From an uncultured Deferribacteres bacterium (GTDB taxonomy: Bacteria > Zhuqueibacterota > Zhuqueibacteria > Zhuqueibacterales > Geothermadaptataceae), in assembly GCA_964014485.1 (NCBI GenBank), contig CAXHAT010000004.1, positions 28,208 to 92,207 on the forward strand: a stretch of DNA of 64,000 bases. The letters are read 5' to 3'. This document shows positions 1-8,463 of this stretch, piece after piece. The notes beneath the pieces were generated by a model. The model was not told the origin of the DNA, did not search any database, and saw only the letters and a list, made by a program, of their open reading frames with translations. Made by a program: the position numbers and the translations under genes. Position 1 is the first letter of the stretch. Each line of letters starts with the position of its first letter.

Positions 1-134
1 GCGGATCGCGTTGGTATTTCTCATTCGGTGTTGATTTCTAACGCTCGCTGAAAATTTCCTTTTTAAATTGTGGCGAAGTTTTTAAATGAAAGTTCTTCCG
101 CTCAAGAACGACATTTGAGGATTTCGCCATTTTT

Positions 135-1790
135 ATGCGCAATACAATCTCAACAAAAGTGCGTCGCCTCTTGCCATTTTTCAAGGCGCCGCTTTTTTCC
201 GCTTCACTATTCGCTCTATCTTTCTCCTGTTCTCCTCCGGCAGAAACAACTTACACTTTTCTTGCTCCTTCGCCAAGTCCTGTTAAGAAGCTGCTCGGCG
301 CTTCTCTACCTTCATGCCCGCGAGACAAGAGCCTTAAAGTCGCGGCGATATTTTTCAAGCCAGAAAACGACGAATTTGAGCTTGGGCAAGTGACTAAAAA
401 CGGTTGGCCGCATACAGAGAGCGCACCGCTCTGGAAGGACGATCTTCTCATCGAACGGCGGTTCAATCCGCAAACATACGCTAAATCACTTTCACAAAAT
501 CCAGAAAGCTTGACGGCCTTTTTTCACCAAATGTCCGGCGGCAGACTCTGGCTCTACGGGGACGCTTACACTTACGACGGTCCGCCCTTACGAAAAGCAA
601 ACGCTCGGGATGCACGCGCTCGCGAGCGAACATGGCGCGAAAACAACACGCGAATTTTGCAATGGTTCGCCGACAGGTATAATCACAAATCTTACGATAA
701 TGACGGTAACGGCGCCGTCGATCTTATCATTCTTGTTTGCCGCAGCCGGCCCGACTTCGGCTATCAAGGCATTGCCAAACTGCCAATCAACGCTGTCCGT
801 GTCAAAAACGACGAGCCGCGAATCGTTGGTTCGAGCGGCGTTTACCAGAAAGGCTGCTACAATTTTCACGAGTCGCGCTCGCTCATCGCCCACGAAATTG
901 GGCACAAGCTTGGCCTTCCCCACGATAACGGTCTGCACAGCTTCAATCTGATGTCCGGCCTCGGCCCCAAAGCGCCACGCAGTTCCGGCTCCGCCATGAG
1001 CGCTTTTGAAAAAAATCGATTGAGCTGGCTAGAATATTCTGAAATTCACAGCGACACGCAAAATGTCCGACTGGGAAATTTGACCCAAACGAACAAAGCT
1101 TTCAAAATCCCGGTCGCAGGGTCACGCGATTATTTCGTAATTGAGGACAGGCGATTCAGCCGACCGTTTGAACCGCGCCCCGGCGGAGACGTTTTTTTCG
1201 GCAAAACCCTGCCAGGAGAAGGTCTGCTCATCTATCTCGTTCAAAATCGTAAACCGCACATTCTCCCGGCTGACGGAAAGGTTGCAACCAACATCGGCGG
1301 CGACAAAAAATATTATCACGGCGACGCTTCAGACTTGTACGGGGTCGAGAGTGACGCAAAATCCGTCCTTCTCGCCTACCCCAAAACCGTGCGCCAGCGC
1401 CCGGGGTTTCAAACTTCAATTCTGGTCGAAAACATTCGTCGCGAAAAACACGAGACGGTTTTTGATATTCGTTTCGGAGTTACACTTCCGCAAAAAATCG
1501 AAAAGCCCGCATCGACGCGAAGAATCGTTTCAGTCACGCACGCCCCTGATCCATTTACATGGAAAACATGGATTCGCTACAACCTGCCTCAAGCCGCTCA
1601 CGTGCGGTTGACAGTTTACGACGAACGTGGAAAGCTGGTCAAAAAACTGGTGGATCAATTTCAAAATGCGTGGGATTACGAGGTGGAATTCGACGGCTAC
1701 AGCCTGAACTCCGGGCGTTATCGTTACGTCTTTGAAGCGCTGGGCGAAAAGCAGCAAGGTTGGATGACTTTCAAAAGCGCATTAAGGTAG
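135..1790 (+). CDS. Secreted M6/immune-inhibitor-A-like zinc metalloprotease with C-terminal secretion (T9SS/FlgD-like) tail
   Basis: HEIGHKLGLPH zinc motif, Met-turn-like NLMSG, YFVIEDR and GLLIYLV motifs, DNDGNG Ca loop, N-terminal signal/lipobox-like segment, C-terminal APDPF..IRYNLP..VRLTVYD..G tail. Confidence 0.75.
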   Translation: MRNTISTKVRRLLPFFKAPLFSASLFALSFSCSPPAETTYTFLAPSPSPVKKLLGASLPSCPRDKSLKVAAIFFKPENDEFELGQVTKNGWPHTESAPLWKDDLLIERRFNPQTYAKSLSQNPESLTAFFHQMSGGRLWLYGDAYTYDGPPLRKANARDARARERTWRENNTRILQWFADRYNHKSYDNDGNGAVDLIILVCRSRPDFGYQGIAKLPINAVRVKNDEPRIVGSSGVYQKGCYNFHESRSLIAHEIGHKLGLPHDNGLHSFNLMSGLGPKAPRSSGSAMSAFEKNRLSWLEYSEIHSDTQNVRLGNLTQTNKAFKIPVAGSRDYFVIEDRRFSRPFEPRPGGDVFFGKTLPGEGLLIYLVQNRKPHILPADGKVATNIGGDKKYYHGDASDLYGVESDAKSVLLAYPKTVRQRPGFQTSILVENIRREKHETVFDIRFGVTLPQKIEKPASTRRIVSVTHAPDPFTWKTWIRYNLPQAAHVRLTVYDERGKLVKKLVDQFQNAWDYEVEFDGYSLNSGRYRYVFEALGEKQQGWMTFKSALR

Positions 1791-1797
1791 CAGACTA

Positions 1798-3042
1798 TCA
1801 TTGCGAACCGTTTGATAAGAGCAAAATATCCGCGCCTTGAAAATTGCCGAAATACAAGTCGAGCAATCCGTCACCGTTGAAATCCGCCGCTTCAATGTCA
1901 ATGCCGCTGCCGGTCGCGCTGGTTGGTAAAAAATCGCCGGTTTTGCGAGAAAACACGCCGCTTCCGTTATTCAAAAAAACGTCATAATCGCCGCCGAAAG
2001 CGTTGGCCGCGATCAAGTCAAGGTCGCCGTCGGCGTCAATGTCGACAAAATCGCCGTCCGCCGTGTGAAACGTGCTAATGGGAAGGTTTGTCGAAGTAAC
2101 GTCGCTGAAAAAACCGCGTCCGTCGTTGAGCAGTAAGCGGTTCTGCGGATTTTTGCCGGGGATGAACATAACGTTGGCGAAAAAAATGTCGAGATCGCCG
2201 TCATTGTCAACGTCACCGAAATCCGCTTCGCGCGTTTCTTCCAAACCTGACTCCAAGGGCAGCCGGTCGCTGGTGGAATCGGCGAAAAAACCGCCGCCGG
2301 TATTGACGAGCAATCGGTTGTCGTCTTCATTGCCCACCAACAAATCCAAATCTCCGTCACCGTCTACATCACCCAGTTCCAAATCCTGCGTTGTGTCGCG
2401 ACGCGAAGGCAGGCGCGCCGCAGTCTCATTGCTGAAATTTGCCGCGCCGTCGTTGAGTAGCAGAAAGTTTTGACCATTATTCCCGATCAATAAATCGAAA
2501 TCGCCGTCATCGTCGAGGTCAGCCGTCAGCACGGCGTTGGACGTGCCGGAAACGCCTAAACGCGAGGTTGCGTCGGTGAAGCGGCCTGAGCCGTCATTCA
2601 AATAAAACTCATTTGTGCGGTCGTCTTCACTGACAAAAATAACGTCGAGATCGTCATCGCCGTCAAAATCGGCAATGGCAATGTCTTCGGAATCATGCAC
2701 GGCTTGCGGCAATCGCCCGGACGCGCCGTTGCTGAATTTCCCCGTCCCGTCGTTGAGCAGCAATAAGTTGCCGCCAAATTCAACGGCGATAATCAAGTCC
2801 AAATCGCCGTCTTTATCGACGTCCGCCGGCTTGGCGTCCATGCTATTGCCGCGCAATACGGAAAGCGGCAGATTTGCCGAGGAAACATTTCGAAACGGAA
2901 GATTATTTATCGGCGGGGGAATGATATTTTCATTGTCATTTGGCGGGTCGGGTTGTTTTGGGTCGGAAGAACAAGCGGCAAGAAAAAAGCATGGAAGAAC
3001 GCAAAGTCTTATTTTTTTGAATAGCGAAAAATAATGCTTCAT
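1798..3042 (-). CDS. FG-GAP/VCBS repeat beta-propeller lipoprotein
   Basis: Seven DxDxDGDxD-type repeats each followed by L-x-N-x-G-x-G-x-F; LAAC lipobox; start could be up to 3051. Confidence 0.85.
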   Translation of the reverse strand: MKHYFSLFKKIRLCVLPCFFLAACSSDPKQPDPPNDNENIIPPPINNLPFRNVSSANLPLSVLRGNSMDAKPADVDKDGDLDLIIAVEFGGNLLLLNDGTGKFSNGASGRLPQAVHDSEDIAIADFDGDDDLDVIFVSEDDRTNEFYLNDGSGRFTDATSRLGVSGTSNAVLTADLDDDGDFDLLIGNNGQNFLLLNDGAANFSNETAARLPSRRDTTQDLELGDVDGDGDLDLLVGNEDDNRLLVNTGGGFFADSTSDRLPLESGLEETREADFGDVDNDGDLDIFFANVMFIPGKNPQNRLLLNDGRGFFSDVTSTNLPISTFHTADGDFVDIDADGDLDLIAANAFGGDYDVFLNNGSGVFSRKTGDFLPTSATGSGIDIEAADFNGDGLLDLYFGNFQGADILLLSNGSQ

Positions 3043-3065
3043 AATCATCAAGATTGTTCAAATGC

Positions 3066-3596
3066 TCATGATCGCCCCCCTTTGTCAATTTTCTGCGCGA
3101 TATAATTGTCACGTAAACGATAATACTCGCCAGCGGAAATTTTGATCCACTCCTGAGCGCCGCCTTCAAGCTTCTTCTTGATTTTCGCGGGCACGCCGGC
3201 AACCAATGTGCTCCCCGGAATCCGTTCTCCTTCCTTGACCACGCTGCCAGCGCCAATCATCACTCTCTCCCCCACCTCAGCGCGCTCGAGCACAACCGCG
3301 TTCATCCCAACAACAACATGAGCGCCGATTTCACAGCCTTCCAACGTCGCGCCATGCCCGATGGTGACGTTTTCGTGCAAAGTCGTGCTTCCCTTTGTCG
3401 GGACATGAATCGTAGCGTTGTCCTGCACATTCGATCCGGCGCCGATGCGGATCGGGCCGTCGTCACCGCGTATAACGGCGTTGAACCAGACACTGCAGCC
3501 GTCTCCAAGCTCAACGTCGCCGATGATAACGGCCGTTGGCGCGATGAAAACGTTTTTACCAACTTTCGGTTTTTTGCCGTCAAAATCGATCAACAT
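3066..3596 (-). CDS. Gamma-carbonic-anhydrase/hexapeptide-repeat protein (PaaY/YrdA-like)
   Basis: IAPTAVIIGDV, VIRGD, NVQDNATIH, TIGHGA, GVPAK motifs; last gene of the paa-like operon. Confidence 0.88.
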   Translation of the reverse strand: MLIDFDGKKPKVGKNVFIAPTAVIIGDVELGDGCSVWFNAVIRGDDGPIRIGAGSNVQDNATIHVPTKGSTTLHENVTIGHGATLEGCEIGAHVVVGMNAVVLERAEVGERVMIGAGSVVKEGERIPGSTLVAGVPAKIKKKLEGGAQEWIKISAGEYYRLRDNYIAQKIDKGGRS

Positions 3597-4373
3597 TTAT
3601 TCACCTCGAAATTCCGGGTTGCGCTTTTCCAGGAATGCGTCAACGCCCTCTTTGTGATCGCCGGTTTTGGTCAAAACGCTTTGCGCCAAACTCTCGATGA
3701 CGAGACTCGAAGTTTGGTCTGTGTTCGTTGCAGCGTTCAAAACTCGTTTCGCCAAGCCGAGAGCCTGAGGCGCGCGCTTCATGAGTTTTTTTGCAAACGC
3801 CATGACTTCGTCCATTAATTTGTCCGCTTCAACAACGCGATTAATCAATCCCAATTGTTGTGCGCTTTGTGCGTCCAACATTTCCCCGGTAAAAATGATT
3901 TCTTTTGCTTTGCCAAGCCCAACAAGTCGGACTAACCGTGAGCATCCGCCGACAGCGGAAATCAGCCCAATATTTTGCTCGCGAAATCCCAGCTTGGCTT
4001 CAGTTGAAGCGATGCGGATATCGCACGCCAACGCGAGGCCTATGCCCGCCCCTGTCGCAGCGCCGTTCAGCGCGGCGATAACAGGTTTTTCCAGCGCTTC
4101 CAAATCATCAAAAAATTTGGTAATTTGGCGCAATTGCGCGCGGTATATTGGCGTGAGCAGCTTTTCGTCAAATTGTTTTACGTCTCCCCCGGCGGAAAAT
4201 GCACGGCCAGCGCCAGTAAAAACCACGACGCGGATGTCGTTGTCGTAAAAAAGCCGGTCGGTCAGGCTGAACAACTCCGCGCGCATTTCCAGGCTCAAGG
4301 CGTTCAGAACTTCGGGGCGGTTCAGTTCAATAAGCGCAAGCCCGTCTGAAACTGAAAAATTTAGCGTTTTCAT
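3597..4373 (-). CDS. Enoyl-CoA hydratase/isomerase (crotonase, PaaG/PaaF-like)
   Basis: LNRPEVLNAL, FSAGGD, KPVIAALNG, ALACDIR, C-terminal EGVDAFLEKR. Confidence 0.9.
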   Translation of the reverse strand: MKTLNFSVSDGLALIELNRPEVLNALSLEMRAELFSLTDRLFYDNDIRVVVFTGAGRAFSAGGDVKQFDEKLLTPIYRAQLRQITKFFDDLEALEKPVIAALNGAATGAGIGLALACDIRIASTEAKLGFREQNIGLISAVGGCSRLVRLVGLGKAKEIIFTGEMLDAQSAQQLGLINRVVEADKLMDEVMAFAKKLMKRAPQALGLAKRVLNAATNTDQTSSLVIESLAQSVLTKTGDHKEGVDAFLEKRNPEFRGE

Positions 4374-4378
4374 ATTTT

Positions 4379-4654
4379 TCAGAAGAGTTCCGAGTGCGTT
4401 CCCATGCGAACAAAAATGATTTTTGTTTTTGTAATTTTATAAATTACCAGCAGATCGCCGGCAAGATGGAACTCGCGATATCCGCCCCATTCAAACGACA
4501 ACTCGTGATCTTTGTAGCCAGGATCAAGCAAACGCCCTGCGGCAAGCTCATCAGCCAAATAAGCTATTTCTTCCGGGTCTACCAATTCCTTTTTTCTTGC
4601 AGCCCCAAAATCACGCTCAAACTTTTTCGTCGATACGATCTTTTTCAACTTCAC
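4379..4654 (-). CDS. yafQ: YafQ-family type II toxin (RelE-superfamily mRNA interferase)
   Basis: KFERD, YKDHEL, YREFHL, LLVIY and C-terminal RMGTHSELF signature; follows the antitoxin with overlap. Confidence 0.88.
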   Translation of the reverse strand: MKLKKIVSTKKFERDFGAARKKELVDPEEIAYLADELAAGRLLDPGYKDHELSFEWGGYREFHLAGDLLVIYKITKTKIIFVRMGTHSELF

Positions 4655-4907
4655 GTTCTAAATGTTCCACGAGTTCTTTTCCACTCTTAAAAGGCCCGGA
4701 CAATCCTGCCTCCGCTTCAGTTTCCTCAATTGCTCGAAGGGTTTCGGCATTTGGAATCTTGACCGGAAAAGGCAAGCCTCCGTGAATGATAATTTGTCGA
4801 TAGAGCAGATTTATGACCTCCGACTCTTTCAACCCCAATTGCCGCATTATGGCAACCGCTTTCGCTTTTATTTCAGCATCAATTCTTTGATGCACTACTG
4901 CTTTCAT
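4617..4907 (-). CDS. dinJ: RelB/DinJ-family antitoxin
   Basis: RIDAEIKAKA..GL..SEVINLL..I...GLPF...PNAETLRAIEE pattern; ATG at 4907 with GGTGGAG RBS (the ORF-track start at 4997 is an over-extension). Confidence 0.85.
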   Translation of the reverse strand: MKAVVHQRIDAEIKAKAVAIMRQLGLKESEVINLLYRQIIIHGGLPFPVKIPNAETLRAIEETEAEAGLSGPFKSGKELVEHLEREVEKDRIDEKV

Positions 4908-4943
4908 ATTTGATCTCCACCTGGTCAATCTGTCTTTCAACAC

Positions 4944-4991
4944 GTGGTGTAAAATACAACACAAAGTACGCACGAAAAAATCTACAGCCAA
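4944..4991 (-). promoter_or_regulatory. Sigma70-type promoter and palindromic operator of dinJ-yafQ
   Basis: Minus strand TTGGCT-17nt-TACTTT (4991..4963), immediately followed by the imperfect palindrome GTGTTGTA-TTT-TACACCAC (4944..4962), a TGTA/TACA type typical of RelB-family autorepression. Confidence 0.6.
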
Positions 4992-4997
4992 GAACAA

Positions 4998-5198
4998 TTA
5001 CTTTTTGCGCACCGGCGGTTTGCTCGGTTTTTGCCATTTCACCGCTTCAAAAACGGTTCGACATTTTTGACAGTAGTATTGTGAGGTGAGTAAGTTTTGC
5101 CCAAATAGAGAAAAAAGTTCAACATCCGTTCCGGCGCAAAACGGACACTGGGGGAGCCCTCGGGATTTATCGTCGGCGTTTTTATTCGGCTGTGACAA
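4998..5198 (-). CDS. Stand-alone PaaD-type zinc-ribbon protein
   Basis: CPFC..T..ELFSLFG......YYCQKC..VFE resembles the C-terminal Zn ribbon of PaaD; overlaps the paaC-like stop. Confidence 0.75.
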   Translation of the reverse strand: MSQPNKNADDKSRGLPQCPFCAGTDVELFSLFGQNLLTSQYYCQKCRTVFEAVKWQKPSKPPVRKK

Positions 5199-5943
5199 TT
5201 TCGCGACGCTCCGATTGCCAATTTTGCCAATCGATCGTCAAAGTTGGCTGTTCAAGTCCATTTTGCAGCAAAGTCTTTCGGACACTTTGCCGCCAGTCAT
5301 CCGCACATTGCGCAGGAAATTTCGCCAAAATTCCGTTTTCAACCAACGGCGCAAAGGCTTGATCTGATTCCGGGCCAAACCAGGCTTCCGCGGCGCCCCA
5401 GGAACGTGACAGCGATTTTTGAAAAAATTCTTTCATTGCTGCATTTTCATGGGCCAGCCGCATGGCCCAGCCGTCAGCGAACATGCGATGGAATTGCTCC
5501 TCCTGTAAAATCTTGGCGACGCGCTGCTTCAACGGCTTCAAGCTAGATTCTGAAGCCGTTTTGATCACCGTCGTCAAAGCATGATCCAACAAGAATAGTG
5601 TGGCGATCACGTCCGTCCAACGGGCAAATGAGTGCTCCAAAAACGAAGGGCTAAAATATTCCGTTCGGGACAAATCCGTTTCCGTGTTTAGCTCGGCGGG
5701 CGCTCCTGGAAGATCACGAATCATGGCAAACAAGCTGCGAGCGTGACCCAATTCTTCCTGCGTCAAATTCGCCGCCGCCACCGCCGCTTCCATAGCCGGG
5801 GCCGCAGTCACCCACTCGGAAAGCCTGCGCCCCATCATGTGTTTTGTGTCGGCGAAGCACATGACGAACCGCACGAGAGCATCGGCGGCATCGCGATCCA
5901 ATTCGTCGACGCTGTTGAATTTTATTTCTGTTGTCTCGCTCAT
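5182..5943 (-). CDS. paaC: PaaC-like ferritin-fold subunit of aryl-CoA epoxidase
   Basis: ADTK..GRRLSEW..AP..E..VAAAN..QEELGHAR, KILQEEQFH..F..GW, WFGP motifs. Confidence 0.75.
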   Translation of the reverse strand: MSETTEIKFNSVDELDRDAADALVRFVMCFADTKHMMGRRLSEWVTAAPAMEAAVAAANLTQEELGHARSLFAMIRDLPGAPAELNTETDLSRTEYFSPSFLEHSFARWTDVIATLFLLDHALTTVIKTASESSLKPLKQRVAKILQEEQFHRMFADGWAMRLAHENAAMKEFFQKSLSRSWGAAEAWFGPESDQAFAPLVENGILAKFPAQCADDWRQSVRKTLLQNGLEQPTLTIDWQNWQSERREIVTAE

Positions 5944-6134
5944 TTCTTTCGTCCTGACTCAACAATGTGCAACATTTCGGAGCGCGGAATAGAGATCATT
6001 TCCAGCCATTCCTTTTCACTAAATTGATTTAAAGCTTCCGTCTTCGCTTCAACAGCGCCCGGCGCTTTGATTGATGCGATCTTTTCAAGCGGTTGATCAA
6101 AAACTTTGCGTCCGAAAATCACAAATTTTTGCAT
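5940..6134 (-). CDS. Second small PaaB-like protein (64 aa)
   Basis: MQKFVIFGRK...PLEKIASIKA....A...A......W.EMISIPR parallels the adjacent PaaB pattern; ATG 1 nt after the paaB stop and ATGA overlap with paaC. Confidence 0.6.
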   Translation of the reverse strand: MQKFVIFGRKVFDQPLEKIASIKAPGAVEAKTEALNQFSEKEWLEMISIPRSEMLHIVESGRKK

Positions 6135-6135
6135 T

Positions 6136-6348
6136 TTACTTGGTCTTAATGATGTTATGAATTTTATCACGCGGCACGATAAACATTTCGCTCCACGTCC
6201 ATTCGTCATACAATTTGTAAGCGTACACTTTCGCCAATTCAATATCGGAAGCGATGACCGTCCCGATGTTACGCAACGGTTCGTTCTTTTTGAATTTGGC
6301 AAAGACTTCGTACACGTCGCCGTCAGTTGTTTTTGTCGGAACGCTCAT
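6136..6348 (-). CDS. paaB: PaaB-like epoxidase small subunit (70 aa)
   Basis: YEVFAK....PLRNIGTVIASD.ELA..YA...Y.....MFIVPR..I PaaB pattern; ATG at 6348 overlaps the upstream TGA. Confidence 0.72.
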   Translation of the reverse strand: MSVPTKTTDGDVYEVFAKFKKNEPLRNIGTVIASDIELAKVYAYKLYDEWTWSEMFIVPRDKIHNIIKTK

Positions 6349-6734
6349 GCAGCAACTCCCCAAACCGCGAGTTTCGCCGCGCCGGAAGGCGACAATCGCT
6401 CGCTCGTCCACGGCGGATCCCAAACGATTTCAAGCTCAACGTCGTCGACGCCCGGCTCTTTCTTCAGCCGTTTTTTGACGTCAAAGAGCATCATTTCCAT
6501 GCACGGGCACCCCATCGAGGTGAACGTCATCTCGACTTTCGCAATGTTCGCGTGTTTCTCCACACCATAAATCAAGCCCATTTCGACAATGCTCATTGGA
6601 AATTCGGGGTCTTGCACTTCGTTGAGCGCGCGCCAGAGATTTTCGTTTTCGCGGTTTATTTCGCCGCTTGCTGAATCCACGCTTGCGCTTTCTTTCCCGC
6701 GTGTGAAAACGTCCGCTTTTTGCACACAAGCCAT
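6345..6734 (-). CDS. paaD: DUF59/SufT-type metal-cluster assembly factor (PaaD N-terminal half)
   Basis: LNEVQDPEFPMSIVEMGLIY, MTFTSMGCP, VWDPPWT; ends RLSPSG..KLAVWGVA. Confidence 0.8.
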   Translation of the reverse strand: MACVQKADVFTRGKESASVDSASGEINRENENLWRALNEVQDPEFPMSIVEMGLIYGVEKHANIAKVEMTFTSMGCPCMEMMLFDVKKRLKKEPGVDDVELEIVWDPPWTSERLSPSGAAKLAVWGVAA

Positions 6735-7684
6735 CAGTTCACCTCAAAACTTGAGATCAGTTCCTTGCGTCCGCGCTGAACGGCTTCGACAAATTCCTTG
6801 TTTTTCGGCCCGCGCGCTTTCCAGCGGATGAGTACATCGTCCCATGAAATAGCGCCTTCCTCAAACAGCCAACGTTTTTCATCGGAAATAAATCGGCTGG
6901 GAAAAGGAAAATCCAGCACGTACTTTTTTTGTGAATTGTCATAGTGCGCGGGGACTTTCAAATCGAGTTCCTTGCAAAAAGGAATCGCCGTGCTCATCCA
7001 AATTTGGCGTAATTCGTCGTTGCTGGAGCCTTTAAAGCCGTAATCGATCTGAACTGTGTGTCTCTTCAAGTCGTCCGGCAGACCAAACCACTCCACGGTC
7101 AGCGGGAACATCCAATCGAGCGCTTTTTGGAGTTTTTCATGGCCGCCAGGCTGTTGGTTGATTTTGCGCATCCACATTTCGCCGTGCCTGAGATGGAACG
7201 TCTCTTCTTTGTCAACTTTAGCCAAAGCGCGTTTCCACGGACCGAATTTGCCATGTTTGAATACATCGCCCAGCAAAACAAAACCAGCACGATCATAAAA
7301 TGCGTTGGCAACAACGAGTTCAATCCACGTATCCAGCGGTACATCGAAAGCATAGGGATACTTAAATTGTTCCGGACGGCGGCCATAAATGAGCTGATCC
7401 TTATTCACGCCCAAGTCCTCCAAAATTCGATACGCGATATGCGCATGCCCCAACTCGTCCTGAATAATGCTCATCGCCGAAACAAAGGCGTTCAGCGAAG
7501 GCGCGTCCTGGGCGGCGTGGTAATAGGCTGGCGCGCTGATCAATTCCGTATCCGCCGACACGGTCAAAATTCTCTTGATGCCCTCAAGATAAACCGGGCT
7601 CATCTGCTCAATCGTTTCGACGAGCTTGCCGTCGCCAAGTCTCCCCTGCAACTCTTTTTCTGAAGTCAATTGGACATTTTCCAT
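6734..7684 (-). CDS. paaA: PaaA-like di-iron catalytic subunit (divergent)
   Basis: All six di-iron ligand positions recognisable: DTE, QDELGH, YD, EETFH; also HGEMW, WFG, NDELRQ.W motifs. Confidence 0.8.
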   Translation of the reverse strand: MENVQLTSEKELQGRLGDGKLVETIEQMSPVYLEGIKRILTVSADTELISAPAYYHAAQDAPSLNAFVSAMSIIQDELGHAHIAYRILEDLGVNKDQLIYGRRPEQFKYPYAFDVPLDTWIELVVANAFYDRAGFVLLGDVFKHGKFGPWKRALAKVDKEETFHLRHGEMWMRKINQQPGGHEKLQKALDWMFPLTVEWFGLPDDLKRHTVQIDYGFKGSSNDELRQIWMSTAIPFCKELDLKVPAHYDNSQKKYVLDFPFPSRFISDEKRWLFEEGAISWDDVLIRWKARGPKNKEFVEAVQRGRKELISSFEVN

Positions 7685-8007
7685 TATCTTTCGCCAGGGT
7701 TTTCTTTTCGTAGTTTTACAAAGCCGAGCGCATAATTCTTAAGCGCAACGGGTTCAACGGAATAAACTCTTGATTGAATAAGCCAATCAGCGACAATTTC
7801 ATGCAATCGGCACAGTTCTTTTACATTTCTCTGAGATTCCTGAGAGTCGATTGTCAACGGTATAATTTCCAAAACTCTCAACAAAGAACTTCTGCGATGT
7901 TTTTCATCACCTTCATTCTCAAAACGAATCGCCCGCGAAATCTCGCTGGCGATATTGCCCATTTGTTCCGGAAAAGAGAACTCGTTCCAACGATCAGCGT
8001 TTACCAT
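7684..8007 (-). CDS. Conserved hypothetical helical protein (RW...S..EQMGNI.SE..RA type)
   Basis: 107-aa ORF packed between neighbours, TAATG coupling to paaA; motif recalled from uncharacterised proteins, function unknown. Confidence 0.6.
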   Translation of the reverse strand: MVNADRWNEFSFPEQMGNIASEISRAIRFENEGDEKHRRSSLLRVLEIIPLTIDSQESQRNVKELCRLHEIVADWLIQSRVYSVEPVALKNYALGFVKLRKENPGER

Positions 8008-8013
8008 AGTTTT

Positions 8014-8448
8014 TTACTTTTCCAGATAGTTTTTGAGCGTTTCCAATGCCATGGGCCATGCGTTTTTGACAGCCTCATAGTACCAATCCCAATCTTCGCC
8101 TTTCTGGTAGCCGTCTTGTGTAACTTTCAATTCCGTGTAGTTGCTTTTTTGCGTTGTTTCGAGCGTCAAAGACATCGGGCCAAGAATGGGCTTTTCGGGA
8201 TTGATGTAGACAAAGTCTCCGATCAACAATCGTTTTTCAGGCTTGTACACTTTCATAATTCCGGTCGAAACAAAACCGATGCCGTTTTCAGTAATTTGCC
8301 ATATCAGCGTGTACAGTCCGCCGGGCTTTAATTCAATCAGCTTCCGCTCAACGCCCCACCAGCCGTGCAGATGTTCAAGTTCCGTAAAAGCGGAAAAAAC
8401 CGCCGCGGGGCTGGTGCGGATTGCGATTTTGGCTTCAACTTGTTGCAT
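8014..8448 (-). CDS. SRPBCC/AHSA1 (START-like) domain protein
   Basis: SPAAVFSAFTE.EHL..WW, ELKPGG.Y, TELKVTQ, W...LE.LK.YLE. Confidence 0.85.
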   Translation of the reverse strand: MQQVEAKIAIRTSPAAVFSAFTELEHLHGWWGVERKLIELKPGGLYTLIWQITENGIGFVSTGIMKVYKPEKRLLIGDFVYINPEKPILGPMSLTLETTQKSNYTELKVTQDGYQKGEDWDWYYEAVKNAWPMALETLKNYLEK

Positions 8449-8463
8449 TCATAAAGCTGATTT

